Virus record (IMG/VR): IMGVR_UViG_3300022074_000029
Span: 4,169-68,168 of that record
Length of the DNA stretch: 64,000 nt
DNA from: a virus
Reading direction: 5' to 3' (one strand)
Shown: piece by piece, positions 48,646 through 59,039 of the stretch
Position numbering within the stretch: position 1 is the stretch's first letter
Layout: each line of letters opens with the position of its first letter
Position numbers and translations under genes: made by a program
Notes under the pieces: generated by a model
What the model saw: only the letters and a program-made list of their open reading frames with translations
The model's database searches: none
Told to the model about the DNA's origin: nothing

Positions 48646-51600
48646 ATGGCAAATAGAATTCAATTAAGACGAGGTGGAGCCCAAGAATGGGCAAACTCGA
48701 ACCCTACACTAGCTCAAGGTGAGTTAGGTATCGAACTCGATACGGGTAGATTTAAAATCGGTGACGGAGTTACCGCATGGAATACGCTGCGATATGAACG
48801 ACCAGTAGAATCCGTAACTAATACTGCAAATACGCTTGTACAGAGAGACGCTGATGGTAACTTCTCTGCAGGTACTATAACATCAACGTTGATTGGTAAT
48901 GCTTCAACAGCCGCTCGACTTGCTTCCTCTAGACAAATTCAACTCTCTAGTGATGTTACTGCTTCTGGTGTATTTGATGGATCTCAAAACTTAAACTTAG
49001 TATCTTCTTTAAGTCTTGTATCTACACTTCCTCACTATGACGGAACTGCATCTGCAGAAGGAACTTATACTAAGGTAGTAATTGATGCAAAGGGTAGAAT
49101 TAAAAATGCTTCAAACCCAACAACTCTCGCAGACTATAATCTTAATGGAACTGTAGAAGGATCTTCTGCTCAACCATATGACTTAGACCTTGTTGCAGTT
49201 GCAGGTCTTACTACTACTGGAATAATTGCTAGAACCTCTGGTGGTGCAATGGCAACCAGAACTGTTACAGGTACTGCTGGTAGAGTTTCCATCACTAATG
49301 GTAATGGTGTATCAGGAAACCCAACTATTGATTTAGTTACTACAACTGTTAGTGCTGGTGATTATAATACGGAATCCCTGACATCTGTAGCAGGTTCACA
49401 GACAGTTAATGCTGTAAAATTCTCAGTTGATGACAGGGGTCGTTTAACAAGTGCTACAACTGTGCCTATTGCTACTGCAGTTGAAGGAACAACTGCCCTA
49501 GATTATGCAGCAGGTACAGCATACGTTAGATATGATATTATTAAGAATGCTTCTAAGGTATACCAAGCACTCCAAAGTATTAATGCGGGTGCAGGTGCTC
49601 CTACTCATTCTGATAGTAGCGACGCTGGCGGGTGGAGATATCTCGCTGCCGAGGGAACTGAACAAAAGGGTCTTGCATCCTTTGCACAGGAAGACTTTGA
49701 CGTAAGTTCTGGTCATGTTACTATTGCTGCAGCAGGTGTTGATAATCCACAATTACAAAATAGTAGAGTATCCTTTGCTGATGGAAATGCTGTAGAGCAT
49801 TTTGATTTAGATCAAGAACTTACCGCAACCTCAGGTTATAGAGGATTTAATAAATTAAATTACATAAAGATTAATGATACCTCAGGTAATCTTCTGTTTG
49901 GTGCTAATAACACTGGCGATAGTAGTGCTGGTGAGATCGATGTCAATGTAAGATCATACTTTAGTGATCCAGACATTACATTAGATGGTAGTGTTGCACA
50001 AACATTAGACAAAACTGGTGATGGAAATCTAACATTCCAGACTACACAGAACTCATCTTCTGCTAGATCATTAAGTATCTTAGCAACTAACTCTGGTTCT
50101 GGTAATAGTAGTGTTATAGTAACTGCAGAAAATGCTGTTACAATCACTGCATCAGAAGCTGCAGGTAAAGTACAAGTAGAAGACACATACTTCCAAGGGG
50201 ACTATATTGCTTCCTCTGCTGCTACCATGATCTTGGATCCTGGTGATGACAGAGCAGTAAGTGGTAAAGTTCAGATAATGGGGGACTTACAAGTAGATGG
50301 AACGACTACAACAATTAATTCAACCGTTACTACGGTGGATGATCCTATCATCACTCTTGGTGGTGATAGTGCTCCAGGTTCGGATGACAACAAGGATAGA
50401 GGAGTTGAATTCAGATATTACGACGCAAGTGCAAAGATTGGATTCTTTGGATACGATGATTCTGCCACTGATACTGGAGGACATACAGGAGCGTTCACCT
50501 TCCTCTACGATGCCACAAATACCTCAGAAGTATTCTCTGGAACAGATGCAGGGATCGTTGCAGGTAATTTAAAACTTACAACAAATACTAACTCAACATC
50601 TAATACTACTGGAGATCTAGTGGTCGCAGGTGGTGCGGGTATCGGTGATGATGTTAATATTGGTGGACTATTAGATGTAGATGGCACATTCCGTGCTAAT
50701 AGCACATCTAGATTTGATGATAATATTGTATTCCAAGGTGCTTCTAAGACATTATCATTGAATAATGGTAGTGGCACAACTAAAATTCAACTGCATACCA
50801 CTACAGGTAATGCTGAAATTGGTGGTATCTTAACTAATACTGGTGCTATCGATGCTAATTCTAGTTTAAATGTAAACGGTCTTGTTCATTTTGAATCTAC
50901 AGATGTACCTACCATTGTCTCAGGTGCTCCTCATACTATTGGTTCTGGTGATTATGGTTCATTTAGATTTGATGGTGGTGGATATGTTGCAGGTAATGTT
51001 CTCTTTAATGGTGATATATTCCTTAATGGTGACTTCAACCAACAAGAAGACGCAACTGAAAACTATGGTCTAAGAAACTATCTATCTATTCGATATAAAC
51101 TAAGAACAGGTTCTATTGCTGCATACAGTCCTTCTTATGCAACACACGGTCAATCTAACCTAAGAGTATATGGTGGTGCAGGTGTTGCTCAGAATTTACA
51201 TGTTGGTGCAACATCATCTGGTGAAGGTTTCTTTGTAGGTAAGAAAAACTCTGGAGACACAGCTAAGTTTACAGTCTTAGGAGCAACAGGTAATACAACA
51301 ATCGTTGGCACACTAAACGTTAATAATGATGTTGATTTCGATCAAGCATTAAACGTAGATGGTGCAGCAACATTCCAAGATAATGTAACTATCAATGCCG
51401 ATAATAAAATGTTTATTATCGAGAATCAATCAGGTGTTGATAAGTTTACAGTCGATACAGATAATGGTAATACAACCATAGCAGGTACACTAGATGTCAC
51501 AAGTAATGTCGGCATTGATGGAGATTTTGATATTGGTACTAGCAAGTTCACAGTTGCAGTCGCATCAGGTAATACAGTTATTGATGGCACACTCAACGTA

Positions 51601-54600
51601 GATGAAGATGCAACCTTTACATCCAATGTCACAATAAACGATGCCAATAAATTCTTCAAAATTCAAAATGGTTCTGCTGCTGACAAGTTCACAGTAGACA
51701 CAGATAATGGTAATACAGTAATAGTAGGTGAACTTAATGTCAACTCAGCAGTTGATTTAGATTCAACTCTAAATGTTGATGCTGGTGCTACATTCCAAGA
51801 TGATGTAACAATCAACGCTGACAGTAAGATGTTTAAGATCCAGACGAATTCGTCTGTTGATAAATTTACAGTTGATACTGACAATGGTAATACCAACATT
51901 GTTGGAACATTAACAGTCGGTAATGCAACTCAAATTAATAATACTCTTGGTGTTTCTAATGTTGTAACCATAACAAGAAACACTCAACAAACTCTAACTG
52001 GTTCTTATGCTGCTGATGGTGCATTCAAACTAACTGGTGGTGCAGCGATTGGTAAGAACCTTGCTATCGGTGAAGGACTAAGAGTCTACGGTGGAACTGA
52101 ACTTACTGGTGCACTTGATCTTAACAGTAGTGCTGATATATCTGGTGCTTTAGTAACTCATGATAATGTTACTATCACTGCAGATAATAAATTCTTTAAA
52201 ATACAGAACGCTTCTGCTGCGAACAAATTTACAGTAGATACTGATAATGGTAATACTGATATTCGTGGAACATTAGATATTGGTGGAGATTTAACTGCTG
52301 AATCTAATTTCACTGTTACAGGAAATCTAACTGTAAACGGAACAACAACTACAGTTAATTCCACAGTAACAACTATCGATGATCCTATCATCACTGTTGG
52401 TGGCGACACAGCACCAGCATCTAACGATGGTAAAGATCGTGGTGTTGAATTTAGATATTATGATGGATCTGCTAAGGTTGGTTTCTTCGGTTTTGATAGA
52501 TCATCCTCTGAATTTGCATTCTTAACAAGTGCAACTAATAGTTCAGAAGTATTAGCAGGAACTGATGGTGCTCTAAGAGCAGGTTCAATTCATGTAACTG
52601 GTGCAGGTACATCTGTAGATATTGATAATAACTTAAACGTTGATGGAACTGCAACTGTAGATGGTCAGATTATTTCTAATCTTTCTACAGGAACTGCTCC
52701 TTTGTCTATTGCTTCTACTACTAAGGTTGCAAATCTAAACGTAGACTTACTAGATGGTATGACAACTGCGACTGCTGCAACAGCATCTACAGTTGTTAAT
52801 AGAGATTCTAATGGGGACTTTGCTGCTAATCAAATCACTGCTGCTAGTGCTGCAGGATCTGGTGCAGGTTTCTTAGGAAACGCATCTACTGCTGATGCAT
52901 GGAAGACTGCTAGAACATTCACTATTGATGGTGTTGTATCTGGTTCTGTATCTGTAGATGGTAGTGCTGCTCCAACAATCACAACAACATATGTTGATGA
53001 TGATATTACTGCTTTAGCAGCGATGGCTGGCACAGGATACGTTGTAAGGACTGCTGCTAACACTTATGCACAAAGAACATTCTCTGCTACAGCATCCTCT
53101 GGTATTACACTAACAAACGCTGATGGTGTTTCTGGTAATACTGTAATCAACGTTGCTTCTGCATCTACTAACTCTGCTAACAACCTTGTAATCAGAGATG
53201 GATCTGGTAACTTTGCTGCTGGTACAATCACTGCTGCGTTGAGTGGTAACGTAACTGGAACTGTTTCAGACATATCAAACCATGATACTGATGCATTATC
53301 TGAAGGATCAACCAATAAGTATTATACGGATGAGAGAGTTGACGATAGAGTTAATGCTTTAATCGTTGCAGGAACTGGTATTACTAAAGTTTATGATGAT
53401 ACTGCAAATACATATACATTAACAGTTACACAGGCAGATGTTAATACTGACACAATAACTGAAGGATCAACTAATCTCTTTACTACTGCTGCTAGAACTA
53501 GAACTCACTTTACATACGGAACTGGTATTACTCATAGTTCTGGAACTCTATCAGTAACACAAGCAGATATCGATACAGACAATGTAACTGAAGGATCAAG
53601 CAACCTGTTCACCACTGCTGCTCGATCAAGGACACACTTTACTTACGGAACAGGTATCGCGTTGTCTGGTGGTGGTGAACTAACTGTTACTCAAGCAGAC
53701 ATTAGTACTGATAACGTAACTGAAGGATCTTCTAATCTCTTTACGACTGCTGCTAGAACTAGAACTCACTTCACATATGGAACTGGTATTGCACATGATG
53801 GATCAGGTGCTCTTTCTGTAACACAGTCAGATATCAATACTGATAATGTAACTGAAGGATCTACAAATGTATTCTTTACTAACGCTCGTGCAGATGCAAG
53901 AGTTGCTGCTGCTACTGGTGCAAACTTAGATCTATCCAGTAAGTCTACAACTAACCTTTCTGAAGGAACTAATCAATATTATACAGAAGCAAAAGTCCAA
54001 ACAAAACTTGATAATGCATTTGCACAACTTAGTGCAATGTTAAATAATCTTGCAACCTCTACTACACTTACATTGGGTCTTAGTGGAGATCCAACACCTG
54101 GTGCTGTTGTTACCACTGGTGTTAGTGTTGGAGGTGGAGGTGGATTCACAGGAGCAACAGGAGTCGCAACTTCTGGTGGAACTGGATCTAGTTTAACTGT
54201 TGATACTACAGTTGATTCTGATGGAAACATTACTGCTGCTGCAGTAAATGCAGGTGGTTCTGGATATCTAATCACAGATACCGTTACAATCACCAATGCT
54301 AATGCAGGTAAGGTTCTTACATTGAACTTAGCATCTCTTGTTGGAGGAACTGGATACACCAGTGCAACTGGAATCTCTGCTACTGGTGGAGATGGATCTG
54401 CACTGACTGTTGACATTACTGCATCTGCAGGTGCTATAACTAACGTAACAGTCAATAACGCTGGTACTGGATACGCTGCTGCTAACACAGTTACAATCGC
54501 TAACGCTAACGCTTCTGGAATTAAGACTCTTGGATCTATTAGTGCTGCAGGATCTGGATATTCAACAGGAACTGCTATTGCAACATCATCATCTGGATCT

Positions 54601-55269
54601 GGATCTAGTGCAACATTGAACATCACTTCTGTTGATGCTAGTGGTGGTATCACTGGTGTTGCAATCAATGATGATGGATCTGGTTACGCTGCATCTGAAG
54701 TCTTGACAATTACTAATGCTAACGCATCTGGTATCGCAACAACAGGAAACGTTGGTGCTGCTGATGCATCAAGAACTGCAGGAACTTACACCTTAGGAAC
54801 ATCTGATTATATCACTCAAGCATCAGGTGCTAACGCAACATTCACTGTTGTTGTTGATTCAAATGGTGCTGCTACTATCACCGTAACAGATGATGGATCT
54901 GGTTTCATTGTCAATGAGACAGTCACAGTTGCTGATGCTCAACTTGGTAGTGGCGGTGGTGCTGCTCTTACATTCGATGTAACAGCAATTCATGGTAGTA
55001 CTGCTACAGTCCCAGTATCTGCGATCCATGGTAATGGTGCAACAGTTGATGTTGCTACTGTTGCAACAAATGCAACATTGACTCTTACCGACATTACCAC
55101 TATGGAAGTCGGAGCGACTGTCACAGGAGCAACCAGTGGCACTACAGGAGTCGTTACTGCTCTTGGCACTAATGCCATTACTGTTGATAATGTAGATGGA
55201 TTCTTCAAATCAGGAGAAGTCGTCAGTGCTAATGATGTTACTACTTTGACAATATCCTCATTCAGTTAA
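48646..55269 (+). CDS. Long fibre protein (2207 aa)
   Basis: N-terminal IQLRRG...W..NPTLAQGELGIELDTGRFKIGDG (Mtd/hyaluronidase-type attachment domain), YTKVVIDAKGRI fibre motifs and several repeat families. Sits before gp13. Confidence 0.8.
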   Translation: MANRIQLRRGGAQEWANSNPTLAQGELGIELDTGRFKIGDGVTAWNTLRYERPVESVTNTANTLVQRDADGNFSAGTITSTLIGNASTAARLASSRQIQLSSDVTASGVFDGSQNLNLVSSLSLVSTLPHYDGTASAEGTYTKVVIDAKGRIKNASNPTTLADYNLNGTVEGSSAQPYDLDLVAVAGLTTTGIIARTSGGAMATRTVTGTAGRVSITNGNGVSGNPTIDLVTTTVSAGDYNTESLTSVAGSQTVNAVKFSVDDRGRLTSATTVPIATAVEGTTALDYAAGTAYVRYDIIKNASKVYQALQSINAGAGAPTHSDSSDAGGWRYLAAEGTEQKGLASFAQEDFDVSSGHVTIAAAGVDNPQLQNSRVSFADGNAVEHFDLDQELTATSGYRGFNKLNYIKINDTSGNLLFGANNTGDSSAGEIDVNVRSYFSDPDITLDGSVAQTLDKTGDGNLTFQTTQNSSSARSLSILATNSGSGNSSVIVTAENAVTITASEAAGKVQVEDTYFQGDYIASSAATMILDPGDDRAVSGKVQIMGDLQVDGTTTTINSTVTTVDDPIITLGGDSAPGSDDNKDRGVEFRYYDASAKIGFFGYDDSATDTGGHTGAFTFLYDATNTSEVFSGTDAGIVAGNLKLTTNTNSTSNTTGDLVVAGGAGIGDDVNIGGLLDVDGTFRANSTSRFDDNIVFQGASKTLSLNNGSGTTKIQLHTTTGNAEIGGILTNTGAIDANSSLNVNGLVHFESTDVPTIVSGAPHTIGSGDYGSFRFDGGGYVAGNVLFNGDIFLNGDFNQQEDATENYGLRNYLSIRYKLRTGSIAAYSPSYATHGQSNLRVYGGAGVAQNLHVGATSSGEGFFVGKKNSGDTAKFTVLGATGNTTIVGTLNVNNDVDFDQALNVDGAATFQDNVTINADNKMFIIENQSGVDKFTVDTDNGNTTIAGTLDVTSNVGIDGDFDIGTSKFTVAVASGNTVIDGTLNVDEDATFTSNVTINDANKFFKIQNGSAADKFTVDTDNGNTVIVGELNVNSAVDLDSTLNVDAGATFQDDVTINADSKMFKIQTNSSVDKFTVDTDNGNTNIVGTLTVGNATQINNTLGVSNVVTITRNTQQTLTGSYAADGAFKLTGGAAIGKNLAIGEGLRVYGGTELTGALDLNSSADISGALVTHDNVTITADNKFFKIQNASAANKFTVDTDNGNTDIRGTLDIGGDLTAESNFTVTGNLTVNGTTTTVNSTVTTIDDPIITVGGDTAPASNDGKDRGVEFRYYDGSAKVGFFGFDRSSSEFAFLTSATNSSEVLAGTDGALRAGSIHVTGAGTSVDIDNNLNVDGTATVDGQIISNLSTGTAPLSIASTTKVANLNVDLLDGMTTATAATASTVVNRDSNGDFAANQITAASAAGSGAGFLGNASTADAWKTARTFTIDGVVSGSVSVDGSAAPTITTTYVDDDITALAAMAGTGYVVRTAANTYAQRTFSATASSGITLTNADGVSGNTVINVASASTNSANNLVIRDGSGNFAAGTITAALSGNVTGTVSDISNHDTDALSEGSTNKYYTDERVDDRVNALIVAGTGITKVYDDTANTYTLTVTQADVNTDTITEGSTNLFTTAARTRTHFTYGTGITHSSGTLSVTQADIDTDNVTEGSSNLFTTAARSRTHFTYGTGIALSGGGELTVTQADISTDNVTEGSSNLFTTAARTRTHFTYGTGIAHDGSGALSVTQSDINTDNVTEGSTNVFFTNARADARVAAATGANLDLSSKSTTNLSEGTNQYYTEAKVQTKLDNAFAQLSAMLNNLATSTTLTLGLSGDPTPGAVVTTGVSVGGGGGFTGATGVATSGGTGSSLTVDTTVDSDGNITAAAVNAGGSGYLITDTVTITNANAGKVLTLNLASLVGGTGYTSATGISATGGDGSALTVDITASAGAITNVTVNNAGTGYAAANTVTIANANASGIKTLGSISAAGSGYSTGTAIATSSSGSGSSATLNITSVDASGGITGVAINDDGSGYAASEVLTITNANASGIATTGNVGAADASRTAGTYTLGTSDYITQASGANATFTVVVDSNGAATITVTDDGSGFIVNETVTVADAQLGSGGGAALTFDVTAIHGSTATVPVSAIHGNGATVDVATVATNATLTLTDITTMEVGATVTGATSGTTGVVTALGTNAITVDNVDGFFKSGEVVSANDVTTLTISSFS
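51260..52280 (+). repeat. KFTVDTDNGNT repeats in the fibre
   Basis: About six copies, e.g. at 51442, 51685, 51862 and 52225. Confidence 0.85.
53280..53990 (+). repeat. TDNVTEGS.NLFTTAAR repeats (~43 aa) in the fibre
   Basis: About six copies. Those at about 53458 and 53719 are near-identical in DNA. Confidence 0.85.
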
Positions 55270-55275
55270 TAAACC

Positions 55276-56082
55276 ATGTCTGCTACTAAACCCGCAAGTA
55301 AAACAGAATTAAAAGATTATGCTCTTCGTAGATTAGGATACCCTACGATAGACATTAACGTTGCTACAGAACAACTAGATGATCTAGTCGATGAAGCTAT
55401 TGATTATTATCAAGAATATCATTATAACGGCAGTTATAAAACTTTCATGAGAATATTAGTCACTGAGGGAATTAAAACTGCAGCAAAGGGATTTTCTCAA
55501 GAAGGTTCTACCGATTGGTATGAAATGGACAACTACGTTTCATTGCCACCTGGTTGTTTAGGTGTTAATCATGTATATTCTCAAATCGGTGCATCAAGTA
55601 TTGTTCCAGGTAATATATTCAATATTAAATATCAAATATTTTTAAACGATATCTATGCTATGACGCATGGACATATCTTACATTACTTTATGACTTCTCA
55701 ATATCTTGAGACGTTAGACTTTGTAACCAATTCACAAGCAAATCGTAGAGTAAGATTTAACGAACATCAAGGTAGATTATATCTAGATATGGACTGGGGA
55801 GATATGACTGTAGGTGATTACTTGCTAGTTGAAATGTCTTTAAGACAGGATCCAACAACCTATACAACCATGTTTAATGACAACTGGTTGAAGGATTATG
55901 TAGAAGCATTATTTCAACAGCAATGGGGAAGAAACCTAAGTAAGTATGATGGTATTCAAATGATAGGTGGTGTCACTCTTAATGGTCGCCAAATTTTAGA
56001 TGACGCAAGTACATTTAAAAAAGATCTTGAAACTACACTTCGTAGCACTTATGAACTACCACCTTTAGACTTAGTAGGGTAA
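55276..56082 (+). CDS. gp13: Neck protein gp13
   Basis: ELKDYALRRLGYPTIDINV..EQLDD, WLKDY...QQWGRNLSKYDGIQMIGGVTLNG. Confidence 0.93.
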   Translation: MSATKPASKTELKDYALRRLGYPTIDINVATEQLDDLVDEAIDYYQEYHYNGSYKTFMRILVTEGIKTAAKGFSQEGSTDWYEMDNYVSLPPGCLGVNHVYSQIGASSIVPGNIFNIKYQIFLNDIYAMTHGHILHYFMTSQYLETLDFVTNSQANRRVRFNEHQGRLYLDMDWGDMTVGDYLLVEMSLRQDPTTYTTMFNDNWLKDYVEALFQQQWGRNLSKYDGIQMIGGVTLNGRQILDDASTFKKDLETTLRSTYELPPLDLVG

Positions 56083-56088
56083 TCACTA

Positions 56089-57021
56089 ATGGCAATTTCT
56101 AATACACCAGCACAGGATTACGTTCAAAGTGACTATAGTAATAGTGCAAGACTTAATATTAATGGGTCTGCACAAGAGCAAAAATTCATTGAAAACCTTA
56201 TCGTAGAAACTATTGAAATTTATGGGCAAAATATTTACTATGTTCCGAGAACGATTGTCAACAGGGATACAGTCCTTGGAGAAGACTCGGATTCGCAATT
56301 TGACAGTGCAAAAGCAATTAGAGCATATGTCAATAATGTTGAAGGATGGGAAGGACAAGGTGAGTTACTTAGCAAATTTGGAGTCCGTATCGAAGACAAG
56401 ACAACTTTTGTTTTCTCCCGTGAAAAGTTTAAAGAAAAGGTTGACGACTCTACGGTTCTTAATGTCGAAGGACGACCCAACGAAGGGGATTTAATTTGGT
56501 TTCCAATAACAAAACATTTATTTGAAATTAAATTTGTAGAAGCAGAAAAACCATTTTACCAATTAGGAAAAGGTTATGTTTGGGAATGTCAATGCGAACT
56601 CTTTGAATACAGCGACGAAGATCTCGACACAGGAATCGCAGAGATTGATGCAATCGAAACTGCCTTTGCTAATGCTATTACAGTTAACTTTGCTACTGGA
56701 GGCTCTGGTGATTTCACAGTTGGTGAGATCGTTGCTGGAGGCACATCTAATGTAACTGCTGAAGTTAAGGCATGGGATTCTAGTACAAGACAGTTACAAG
56801 TCTTTAATAGAAGCGGTATCTTTACTATTCCTGAGACTGTCACAGGACAGACCTCAAGTGCTGCATGGACATCTGCATCCTACAATACCCTAAATAATGT
56901 GAACACTGCGGACTCTATAGATCAAAATTACGATTTTGAGACACTAGATAATGATATTATAGACTTCACAGAAACAAATCCATTTGGATCATTTGGTTCA
57001 TCTACTGACACTACGGTTTAA
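56089..57021 (+). CDS. gp14: Neck protein gp14
   Basis: ETIEIYGQNIYYVPR, LLSKFG, RPNEGDLIWFP, FYQLGK, DFTETNPFG. Confidence 0.93.
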   Translation: MAISNTPAQDYVQSDYSNSARLNINGSAQEQKFIENLIVETIEIYGQNIYYVPRTIVNRDTVLGEDSDSQFDSAKAIRAYVNNVEGWEGQGELLSKFGVRIEDKTTFVFSREKFKEKVDDSTVLNVEGRPNEGDLIWFPITKHLFEIKFVEAEKPFYQLGKGYVWECQCELFEYSDEDLDTGIAEIDAIETAFANAITVNFATGGSGDFTVGEIVAGGTSNVTAEVKAWDSSTRQLQVFNRSGIFTIPETVTGQTSSAAWTSASYNTLNNVNTADSIDQNYDFETLDNDIIDFTETNPFGSFGSSTDTTV

Positions 57022-57023
57022 TT

Positions 57024-57809
57024 ATGCTAGGCACTTATTCATATCACGAGATCTTTAGAAGATCAGTTGTTGCGTTTGGAACTTTATTCAACAATATCGA
57101 ATTACGTCGTAATGACGAGGTAATGAAAGTTCCTCTAGCTTATGGACCTAAAGCAAAGTTCCTAGCACGTCTTGATCAAGTTGATCCTACTAATAAAAGA
57201 ATTCAAATTACTTTACCAAGAATTTCTTTTGAGATTAATGGTCTTGAATATGATTCAACTAGAAAAGTATCACCAACACAAAAGGTGAAAATTGCTTCTA
57301 CTTCAGATAAGAATAAGAATATGTTTATGCCTGTTCCTTATAATCTATCATTTGAAATGGGGATTATAGCAAAGAATCAGGATGACTCATTACAAATTGT
57401 AGAACAGATATTACCATATTTCCAACCTCATTATAACTTGTCAATCAAGTTAGTTCCTACTGTGAATGAAACTAGGGATGTTCCTATTGTATTAACTAAT
57501 GTAGAGTACGAAGATATTTACGAAGGTGAATTTGCAACGAGGAGAGCGATTACTTATACTCTTCAGTTCACAATGAAGACATACTTATACGGTCCTGTTA
57601 CAGAGCAGAAAGTTATCAAGAAGGCAATCACGGACATGTATACAGATACAAATACTACATCTGCACCAAGAGAAGTTCGTTATACTATTCAACCAAACCC
57701 AATCTCAGCAGATGCTGATGATGACTTTGGATTTGGTATAGTAGATTCTGACTTTACAGATAATAAGAAACGTAATCCTACAAGTGGTGCTGACGAAACA
57801 ATAACATGA
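57024..57809 (+). CDS. gp15: Tail sheath stabiliser / tail terminator gp15
   Basis: VVAFGTLFNNI, VPLAYGPK, LPRISFE, PVPYNL, QIVEQILPYFQP. Confidence 0.93.
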   Translation: MLGTYSYHEIFRRSVVAFGTLFNNIELRRNDEVMKVPLAYGPKAKFLARLDQVDPTNKRIQITLPRISFEINGLEYDSTRKVSPTQKVKIASTSDKNKNMFMPVPYNLSFEMGIIAKNQDDSLQIVEQILPYFQPHYNLSIKLVPTVNETRDVPIVLTNVEYEDIYEGEFATRRAITYTLQFTMKTYLYGPVTEQKVIKKAITDMYTDTNTTSAPREVRYTIQPNPISADADDDFGFGIVDSDFTDNKKRNPTSGADETIT

Positions 57810-58072
57810 TTTTCTTTTCCTTTATAATGTCACTATTTGCAAATCATTTACCAGTGATGTATGTTCAAGTACCTCAATGGGCAGATGATTGGGCAGTGTG
57901 TGCAGTTGATGTGCCTGACGCTAAGTGTCATTGGTATGTTATGTCACCTGATAATACCTTCGGTGAAGGATTTGATTGGGAAGAAGCACCTTGGTTTGAT
58001 GCAAATGGTCTAAATGATATTGCACCAATGCAAGCAAAAACAGTTGTAGAAAGGTTACAGGAACATGACTAA
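57806..58072 (+). CDS. Small Trp/Asp-rich hypothetical protein with a hydrophobic N-terminus
   Basis: 88 aa, inserted between gp15 and gp16 and overlapping both. Confidence 0.65.
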   Translation: MIFFSFIMSLFANHLPVMYVQVPQWADDWAVCAVDVPDAKCHWYVMSPDNTFGEGFDWEEAPWFDANGLNDIAPMQAKTVVERLQEHD

Positions 58073-58496
58073 TCCTTTTGATGGTTTAAATGATGCTTTT
58101 GGTTCTGAACCTTCAGAACTACAGAAACATGTTGAGAAAGTAAAACCAATTTTAAAGAAAACTGATACAGAGGATGTCAAATATGATTATGAAACTTCCC
58201 GTGCTCAATTACATCAACTCGTATCGAAAGGACAGGAAGCAGTTGATGGTATTTTAGATGTTGCACGGGCATCAGATCATCCTCGTGCATATGAAGTTGC
58301 AGGTCAATTAATTAAACATGTTGCAGATACTGCTGATAAACTAATCGATCTTCAGAAGAAGATGAAAGAATTAGATGCTGACGATAAAAAGAATGCACCA
58401 GCTACTGTTAATAATACAATGTTTATTGGTAGCACTTCAGAGCTACAAAAGATGTTAAAGAAACAAAAAGAGATAAATAAAGAGGACACGAAATAA
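58065..58496 (+). CDS. gp16: Terminase small subunit gp16
   Basis: DYETSRAQL, ASDHPRAYEVAGQLIK, NNTMFIGSTSELQKML. Confidence 0.92.
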   Translation: MTNPFDGLNDAFGSEPSELQKHVEKVKPILKKTDTEDVKYDYETSRAQLHQLVSKGQEAVDGILDVARASDHPRAYEVAGQLIKHVADTADKLIDLQKKMKELDADDKKNAPATVNNTMFIGSTSELQKMLKKQKEINKEDTK

Positions 58497-58502
58497 CACG
58501 AC

Positions 58503-59039
58503 ATGACAGTTTTAAACGTTTTAAGCACGAATTCTGTTGCAGCAGGTGCATCAGAATATCAAGTAATACAAACAGGATATTACAGAGTTGGATCTACTGC
58601 AGGTGCAGCAACTGTATCACTCAATGGTGGTCCTGCAATCACACTTGTTCAGAATGAATTCATTCTTGTCAAAGGTGGTAAACCTGGTCAAGCAAAGATT
58701 GTAAAAGGAGTAGATGATTCTACTGCGGATTATATCTTAGGTCATCATGCACTGGCAACAGGAGATGCTCATCCATTCTCAGTAAACGACTTTATTGCTG
58801 TAGAAGATAATGGAACTGCTGGACCAGCTATTGACAGTAACTTCCTTTCTGCAGGTACTGTTGGTAAAAAAATTACTGCAGTAGCAGGTAATAAAATAAC
58901 AACTGATATTGATTCTTCATCAGCGTCTGCTGATTATGTTTATGCATCAGGCAAACAAGCAATTGTGAAAAGATGTATAAAAATTACTGCAGCAACAAGT
59001 GCAGTAATAATAGAAGAAGTTCAAGTCGTTGGCGGTTAA
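58503..59039 (+). CDS. Hypothetical, probably virion-associated protein
   Basis: 178 aa, beta-rich. ATAAATA late-promoter-like site at 58473-58479. Confidence 0.6.
   Translation: MTVLNVLSTNSVAAGASEYQVIQTGYYRVGSTAGAATVSLNGGPAITLVQNEFILVKGGKPGQAKIVKGVDDSTADYILGHHALATGDAHPFSVNDFIAVEDNGTAGPAIDSNFLSAGTVGKKITAVAGNKITTDIDSSSASADYVYASGKQAIVKRCIKITAATSAVIIEEVQVVGG

Noticed and set aside
48646-48800. Diversity-generating retroelement suggested by the Mtd-like N-terminus
   Set aside because: Only the attachment domain is similar. No reverse transcriptase or adenine-variant TR/VR pair was seen.
13323-56843. Many minus-strand and alternate-frame ORFs within structural genes (e.g. 53979..54668, 39856..40305, 13774..14124)
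   Set aside because: These are shadow ORFs produced by the biased Gly/Thr/Ala codons of the real genes. They have low-complexity translations and no RBS or promoter support.
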